Source: Sphingobacteriia bacterium
Lineage (GTDB): Bacteria > Bacteroidota > Bacteroidia > NS11-12g > UBA955
Length of the DNA stretch: 64,000 nucleotides
Reading direction: 5' to 3'
NCBI GenBank assembly: GCA_021151535.1
Contig: JAGKXC010000007.1
Location: forward strand, 8,434 to 72,433
The stretch's first letter is position 1. Every line of letters starts with the position of its first letter. This document shows positions 59,226 to 64,000 of this stretch, piece after piece. Both the position numbers and the translations under genes were made by a program. The notes beneath the pieces are model-generated. The model worked only from the letters and a program-made list of their open reading frames with translations. It ran no database searches and was not told the origin of the DNA.

Positions 59226-60705
59226 AACCAGTCCAATCATTCATACATTGAGTGAGCCTTATGGTGCGCCTTATTGGTGGCCTTGTAAGCAATCTTTGCA
59301 CGATAAAATTGATTCTTTGGACATCATAGTGCATACTGATACGGGTTTACGTGCTGCGGGAAATGGATTACTGGTAGATCAAGGCAACGAAGGAAGTGCA
59401 GGATATTATTACCATTGGAAGCATCGTTACCCCATTGCCTCGTATTTGGTGGCCACAGCTATCACCAATTATGCGTCATTTACCGATACGGTTACATTTA
59501 CGGATGGCAGGAAAATGCCTGTTTTGAATTACTGTTTTCCTCAGTTTTTGGGCCAATGGTCGGCCAATGGAAAAGGGGTTTTGGCGCAATTAAGGATGTA
59601 TGATAGCTTGTTTGTGAAGTACCCGTTTGACAAGGAAAAATACGGACATGCGCAGTTTACATGGGGTGGTGGAATGGAACATCAGACCATGAGTTTCATG
59701 GCGGATTTGGGTTGGGATTTGATGGCGCATGAGCTGGCGCATCAGTGGTTCGGCGATTTGGTAACTTGTGCCAATTGGGGTGATTTGTGGTTGAATGAGG
59801 GTTTTGCGACATACGTAAATGCTTTAGCGCATGAATTTTTAAAGGGCGATGATGATTTTCGTACTCGTTTAAAAGGAATGCGGGATGATGTTACCTCTAA
59901 GGATTGGGGCAGCGTTTACGCATGGGATACATTGAATGTCAATAACTTATTTAGTGGCAGGTTAACTTATAACAAAGGCGCTTGGGTAATTCATATGTTG
60001 CGCGATAAAATGGGCGATTCCTTATTTTTTGCGGGTTTGCGTGCGTATTTATCGGCTAAAAATCACGGCGGAGTGGGTTATGGATATGCTTTTGCTGGTG
60101 GTAAACAGTTTCAAGGAATGATGGAAACGGTAGGCGGCATGCAACTGGATACGTTTTTCAAGGAATGGATTTATGGCGGCGGTTTTCCCTACATCAATGT
60201 GAATTGGAAGCAACGCGGCAAGGATATCACTTTTGAAATCAGACAGCATGGCAGCGATGTTAGCGTACCTTATTTTCACACCAAGTTGGCTTTGCGTTGT
60301 TTCGGAAAATCGGGCGATACAATTCTGCATTTTTATCTCAATGATTCACTCACGAAAACTGCATTTCAACTACCAATTTCTATCACGGGCGTTGAGTTTG
60401 ATCCCCGGGTGAATTTGCTTGGAAAGGCAAGTGTACAGGGAATGAATTGGGATGACATTCAATCCTCTGAATTTGTGGTATCGCCCAATCCAGCCGTGAA
60501 TCAAGTGAGTATTTTTGCGCGCAATTCTGTGAAATTTTCTGTTGACATTTATGATGTTTTGGGAAGATTAATTTGGACGGGCGATAATTCGATTGATGGA
60601 AGCAAGGAATTGGTGGTTCCTGCAAGTGGTTGGAGTAGTGGTGTTTATACGGCTCGTATAAATGATCAAAATTTTGTATATTCGATTAAGTTTATCAAAC
60701 AATAG
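59194..60705 (+). CDS. M1-family zinc aminopeptidase catalytic domain with C-terminal T9SS sorting domain
   Basis: EPYGAPYWWPC and zinc motif HELAHQWFGDLVTCANWGDLWLNEGFATY; C-terminal about 80 aa (VSPNPAVNQVSIF...SGVYTARIND...IKFIKQ) is T9SS-CTD-like; TTG at ORF start, so no independent start codon. Confidence 0.7.
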   Translation: MIKKQILCGHKTSPIIHTLSEPYGAPYWWPCKQSLHDKIDSLDIIVHTDTGLRAAGNGLLVDQGNEGSAGYYYHWKHRYPIASYLVATAITNYASFTDTVTFTDGRKMPVLNYCFPQFLGQWSANGKGVLAQLRMYDSLFVKYPFDKEKYGHAQFTWGGGMEHQTMSFMADLGWDLMAHELAHQWFGDLVTCANWGDLWLNEGFATYVNALAHEFLKGDDDFRTRLKGMRDDVTSKDWGSVYAWDTLNVNNLFSGRLTYNKGAWVIHMLRDKMGDSLFFAGLRAYLSAKNHGGVGYGYAFAGGKQFQGMMETVGGMQLDTFFKEWIYGGGFPYINVNWKQRGKDITFEIRQHGSDVSVPYFHTKLALRCFGKSGDTILHFYLNDSLTKTAFQLPISITGVEFDPRVNLLGKASVQGMNWDDIQSSEFVVSPNPAVNQVSIFARNSVKFSVDIYDVLGRLIWTGDNSIDGSKELVVPASGWSSGVYTARINDQNFVYSIKFIKQ

Positions 60706-60785
60706 GTGCGTATTGAGTTTGAATTGAGTTTTGAGACCAACCTATTGAATGATAAATATTTATAACTTTAATAAGAAAAATCAAC

Positions 60786-61613
60786 ATGAAGAACTTGAAT
60801 AAAAAAATTTGGACGGCGAGAATTTCTGGTAGTTTGCTAACGGTGTTTGCAGTAGGTGCAGTATTTTTTGCAAGCAGCTGTCAGCCAGAAGTTGACCCAC
60901 CGGTAACCAATAAAACCACAAAATTCAGCATTGATTTTCGATTAAAGTGGGGTGCAGATGATGCACAGATTCAAATCGGAGAAAACGTAAATAATGCCGG
61001 CGAAACAGTGCAGTTGGTAAACCTTTCTATGATGGTTAGCAAAATGGCATTGATGAAAGAGGATAGTACTTGGGTAGATTTGGGTGATGGATACCAACAC
61101 TTCAATATCTGGGGCGCTAGAACGCATTTTGATTATGAGATTCCTGTAGGGAAATACATTGGTTTTAGAATTCAATTGGGTTTGGATTCTGCAGTAAACC
61201 ATGGTGATCCTAATGCTTGGCCAACAACGCATCCATTAAACACCAACATCACCAGTTTGCATTGGGGTTGGTCTGGCGGATATATTTTTCAAGCAATGGA
61301 CGGAAGATGGAGAACTTCTTCAGAAACCACTTTTACAAAGACTTTCAGTTTTCACACCGCAACAGATACTTATGTAAGAATGTTTAATTTGCCTTACAAC
61401 GTGGATGCTTCTGGATCATTTGAACACAAAAATGGCACCGAAACCGTACTTCCTTTGGAATACCATTTGGACCAGGTTTTGGGTGTTAGAAGCATTGCTG
61501 ATGGTTCTGTATCGCATTCAACTGGAACTGCAGAAATCAAATTGATGAATTCAATCGTTAACGATATGGTAAATAACCAAGTTTTCAGATTGGGTAAAGT
61601 TGAACAGAAATAA
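60786..61613 (+). CDS. hypothetical lipoprotein, candidate MbnP-like partner of the downstream di-haem peroxidase
   Basis: Lipobox FFASSC; Trp-rich block LHWGWSGGY; 10-nt spacing to a MauG/MbnH-like cytochrome c peroxidase, in the P-then-H order of mbnPH pairs. Confidence 0.35.
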   Translation: MKNLNKKIWTARISGSLLTVFAVGAVFFASSCQPEVDPPVTNKTTKFSIDFRLKWGADDAQIQIGENVNNAGETVQLVNLSMMVSKMALMKEDSTWVDLGDGYQHFNIWGARTHFDYEIPVGKYIGFRIQLGLDSAVNHGDPNAWPTTHPLNTNITSLHWGWSGGYIFQAMDGRWRTSSETTFTKTFSFHTATDTYVRMFNLPYNVDASGSFEHKNGTETVLPLEYHLDQVLGVRSIADGSVSHSTGTAEIKLMNSIVNDMVNNQVFRLGKVEQK

Positions 61614-61623
61614 TTGACACACC

Positions 61624-62775
61624 ATGAATAAGTCGATCGCAACTAAAAATCTAATGCCTTGGGGCTTTTGGAAAATTTTGGTCATTTCTGCGATATCGAT
61701 TGTTTATTTTACTTCTTGCGGGGATAATAATAAGGGTGAAAAACCTGCGTTTAATCCTACGGAAGTTGATCCAACAACCATTTTTGATTCCAAGCTTGGC
61801 ATGCCAATTTTGCCCAGTGATAATCCTTTTACGGAAGAGGGTATTTATTTGGGACGGATGTTGTTTTATGATCCCATTTTGTCTTTTGATAGCAGTGTAA
61901 GTTGTGCTAGTTGTCATAAGCAAGAACACGCATTTTCAGATGGTGGTAAAGTTCTAAGTAATGGCGTTTTTGGTTTAAAAACTGGCAGAAATACGCCGCC
62001 CATTTTCAATTTGGCTTATAATAAGAAGTTTTTCTGGGATGCGCGACAAAACACATTAAGGGAGTTGGTTTTTGAGCCCATTCAGGCGCACAATGAAATG
62101 GCGATGACGATGCCTTTGTTGAATAAGCGTTTGGCAAGAACAGATCGATATAAGGATCAGTTTTTGAAGGCGTTTAACCGCGAACCCAATGTTTTTGATA
62201 TGAGTTTGGCTTTGGAGCAGTTCATGTTGTCTATTGTGAGTTATCAATCGCGATTCAATGAATTCTTTCCAGGCAAGTTTAGCAAGCTAACTACATTGGA
62301 AGGTGAAGGGGCGATGTTGTTTAATGGTTTGGTACAATTTGACGATATTACCGGTTTCACTTCTGGTGCTGATTGTTTCCACTGTCATGGTAGTGCAAAG
62401 GCTCAGATTCAAGATCCTACAACAGGTGGTTTGGCAAATAATGGTTTGGATTCTGTTTTAAGGGATTTGGGTTATGGGGCGATAACGGGTAGGTCGAGTG
62501 ATCGCGGTTTATTTAAGACACCGTCATTGTTGAATATTGAAGTTACTGGACCTTATATGCATGATGGCAGATTTGCAACTTTGGATGATGTAATCAATCA
62601 TTACAGTGAAGGTGTGCATTTTAACTCACCGAATTTCAGCCCGATGATGTCGCATGATAACAAACACTTAAACCTAACTACGTCTCAGAAACAGGCGTTG
62701 AAGGCGTTTTTAATGTCGATGACGGACACTGCGTTTTTAAAGAACCCGAAGTATTCGAATCCGTTTGTTAAATAA
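61624..62775 (+). CDS. di-haem cytochrome c peroxidase (MauG/MbnH-like)
   Basis: CASCH and CFHCH haem motifs; YMHDGRFATLDDVINHY; paralog of the 22294 gene. Confidence 0.85.
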   Translation: MNKSIATKNLMPWGFWKILVISAISIVYFTSCGDNNKGEKPAFNPTEVDPTTIFDSKLGMPILPSDNPFTEEGIYLGRMLFYDPILSFDSSVSCASCHKQEHAFSDGGKVLSNGVFGLKTGRNTPPIFNLAYNKKFFWDARQNTLRELVFEPIQAHNEMAMTMPLLNKRLARTDRYKDQFLKAFNREPNVFDMSLALEQFMLSIVSYQSRFNEFFPGKFSKLTTLEGEGAMLFNGLVQFDDITGFTSGADCFHCHGSAKAQIQDPTTGGLANNGLDSVLRDLGYGAITGRSSDRGLFKTPSLLNIEVTGPYMHDGRFATLDDVINHYSEGVHFNSPNFSPMMSHDNKHLNLTTSQKQALKAFLMSMTDTAFLKNPKYSNPFVK

Positions 62776-62790
62776 GGAAGAAGGGGGCTA

Positions 62791-64000
62791 TTAGTAGCCT
62801 AAAATGGGGCTTAGCCAGCGTTCTACGGTTTGTGTAGTTTGCGCTTTTCTTAGGGAGTAGTTTTCTACCTGATCTTTGGCGATTTTACCCAAACCGAAGT
62901 ATTTGCTTTGTGGATGCGCAAAATACCAACCGCTCACGCTGGCGGCGGGCAACATAGCCATCGATTCAGTTAAAGTAATACCTGCTGCACTAGTAGCTTT
63001 AAGCACATTGAAAAGTGTTTCTTTTTCGGTGTGATCAGGACAAGCGGGATAACCAGGTGCGGGTCTAATACCAATGTATTTCTCTCGAATTAATTCTTCG
63101 TTTGAAAGTGTCTCATTTTGGCTATATCCCCAGTATTGGGTTCTTACGATCTGGTGTAATTTTTCAGCGAAACTTTCAGCCAATCGATCAGCCAATGCTT
63201 TGGCCATGATGCTGTGGTAATCGTCGTGATCTTTTTCGTAGGCAGCAACAATTTCATTTAGACCAATTCCGGCGGTTACGGCAAAGCCACCCAAATAATC
63301 CACTTGATTATCGGCGATAAAATCTACCAAACTCAAGTTAGGAATACCGGCTGCCATTTTGCGCTGCTGTCTGAGGAAATGGAACTTACCCAAAGCGTTA
63401 TTGGGTTGATCATTGGATTGGGTTGAATAAGCTTTAGCGTCTGCTACATTTTCAAATACCCAAACATCCTCGTCTGTTTTGCGAGTTGGCAAAATAAACC
63501 AAACACCTTTGGCAGTTAGGGATTTATTGCTGGCGATTTGATTTAATATATTGTTGGCATCGGCTAGGAGTTTCTTTGCTTCATCGCCTACAATGGGATC
63601 TTCTAAAATGGCTGGATATTGACCGGCAAGTTCCCAAGTTTGGAAGAAGGGTGTCCAATCGATGGTATCTATTAAATCCGCAATTTCCATAGAAATTGCA
63701 TGAACACCTGTTTCTTTTGGCGTGATAACCTGGCCATCATGCTGCCATCTGTTGGCTTTAGCTTCCTCGTAGGAAATCAAATCCTTGGCACTCTGGCGTT
63801 TGGCATGACTGATGGCCAACTCTTCATATTCGCTTTTAATTTTCTCGCCAAAAGCGTCGCGTGTGTCAGGGTTTAACAACTGACTCACCACTGGAACTGA
63901 TCTGGATGCATCCAACACGTGAATTACGGGAGAGGAAATCACCGGCGCAATCTTTACCGCTGTGTGCATTCTGCTGGTGGTTGCGCCGCCAATGAGCAAA
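62791..64000 (-). CDS. metH: methionine synthase, C-terminal B12-binding/AdoMet-activation portion (N-terminus beyond the window end)
   Basis: B12-domain end LIGGATTSRMHTAVKIAP and activation-domain sequence (FHFLRQQRK...DYLGGFAVTAGIG). The frame stays open to position 64000, so the window truncates the gene. Confidence 0.8.
   Translation of the reverse strand, partial: LLIGGATTSRMHTAVKIAPVISSPVIHVLDASRSVPVVSQLLNPDTRDAFGEKIKSEYEELAISHAKRQSAKDLISYEEAKANRWQHDGQVITPKETGVHAISMEIADLIDTIDWTPFFQTWELAGQYPAILEDPIVGDEAKKLLADANNILNQIASNKSLTAKGVWFILPTRKTDEDVWVFENVADAKAYSTQSNDQPNNALGKFHFLRQQRKMAAGIPNLSLVDFIADNQVDYLGGFAVTAGIGLNEIVAAYEKDHDDYHSIMAKALADRLAESFAEKLHQIVRTQYWGYSQNETLSNEELIREKYIGIRPAPGYPACPDHTEKETLFNVLKATSAAGITLTESMAMLPAASVSGWYFAHPQSKYFGLGKIAKDQVENYSLRKAQTTQTVERWLSPILGY

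Noticed and set aside
62791-62830. Short GGCTA...TAGCC inverted repeat between the peroxidase and metH ends as a terminator
   Set aside because: Only a 5-bp stem, it overlaps the metH stop region, and it has no flanking U-run.

Overview
This looks like a chromosomal, largely housekeeping stretch of a Bacteroidota genome (Sphingobacteriia/Chitinophagia/Flavobacteriia-like). The markers are a T9SS C-terminal sorting domain, a GldE-like protein, a UpxY antiterminator, TonB-receptor/DUF4249 and DUF6089/uppS/bamA arrangements, and TAnnTTTG-type promoters. Coding density is high on both strands with uniform composition. I see no rRNA, tRNA, CRISPR array or obvious mobile element.

Recognisable genes, in order:
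- An S46 dipeptidyl-peptidase (partial, at the left edge).
- A two-gene ligase-associated DNA-damage-response module: an MBL-fold exonuclease and a LigC-type ATP-dependent DNA ligase.
- pyrE, a NUDIX hydrolase, coaD and rsmD.
- An OmpA-family protein with thrombospondin-type-3 repeats.
- hbd.
- An EnvC-like M23 peptidase, a DUF4292-like lipoprotein and a TPR protein.
- A sugar-phosphate nucleotidyltransferase, dut, a MOP-family flippase, a WbqC-like protein and folK.
- A large M16 peptidase.
- A CpsB-type PHP phosphatase.
- Two paralogous di-haem cytochrome c peroxidases, one next to an ATP-grasp enzyme and the other next to a putative MbnP-like lipoprotein.
- accA and a FabK/NMO-like oxidoreductase.
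- A UpxY-like antiterminator heading a long co-directional array: a PIG-L deacetylase, an Fe-S membrane protein, tatA, gatA, an MltD-like transglycosylase and a DUF5916 protein.
- An AIM24-family protein, a fumarylacetoacetate-hydrolase-family protein, an RmlD-like reductase and 3-hydroxyanthranilate dioxygenase.
- purF, frr and purK.
- A GldE-like CNNM/CBS/CorC protein.
- A TonB-dependent receptor with its DUF4249 partner.
- Two DUF6089 paralogs, uppS and bamA.
- An M1 aminopeptidase with a T9SS C-terminal domain.
- metH (partial, at the right edge).

The most notable irregularities are several frame-disrupted genes: an ALDH7-family pseudogene, a probably N-truncated DMT transporter, a +1-shifted M1 peptidase, and a DUF5916 gene split at a hexanucleotide repeat. 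These are either real gene decay or assembly indels.

For the undescribed system the task asks about, the best candidate is the MbnP-like/MbnH-like lipoprotein plus peroxidase pair beside a T9SS-secreted peptidase. A second peroxidase paralog sits with an ATP-grasp ligase and an unannotated 51-aa membrane peptide. All functional calls rest on motif recognition by eye; I ran no database searches.
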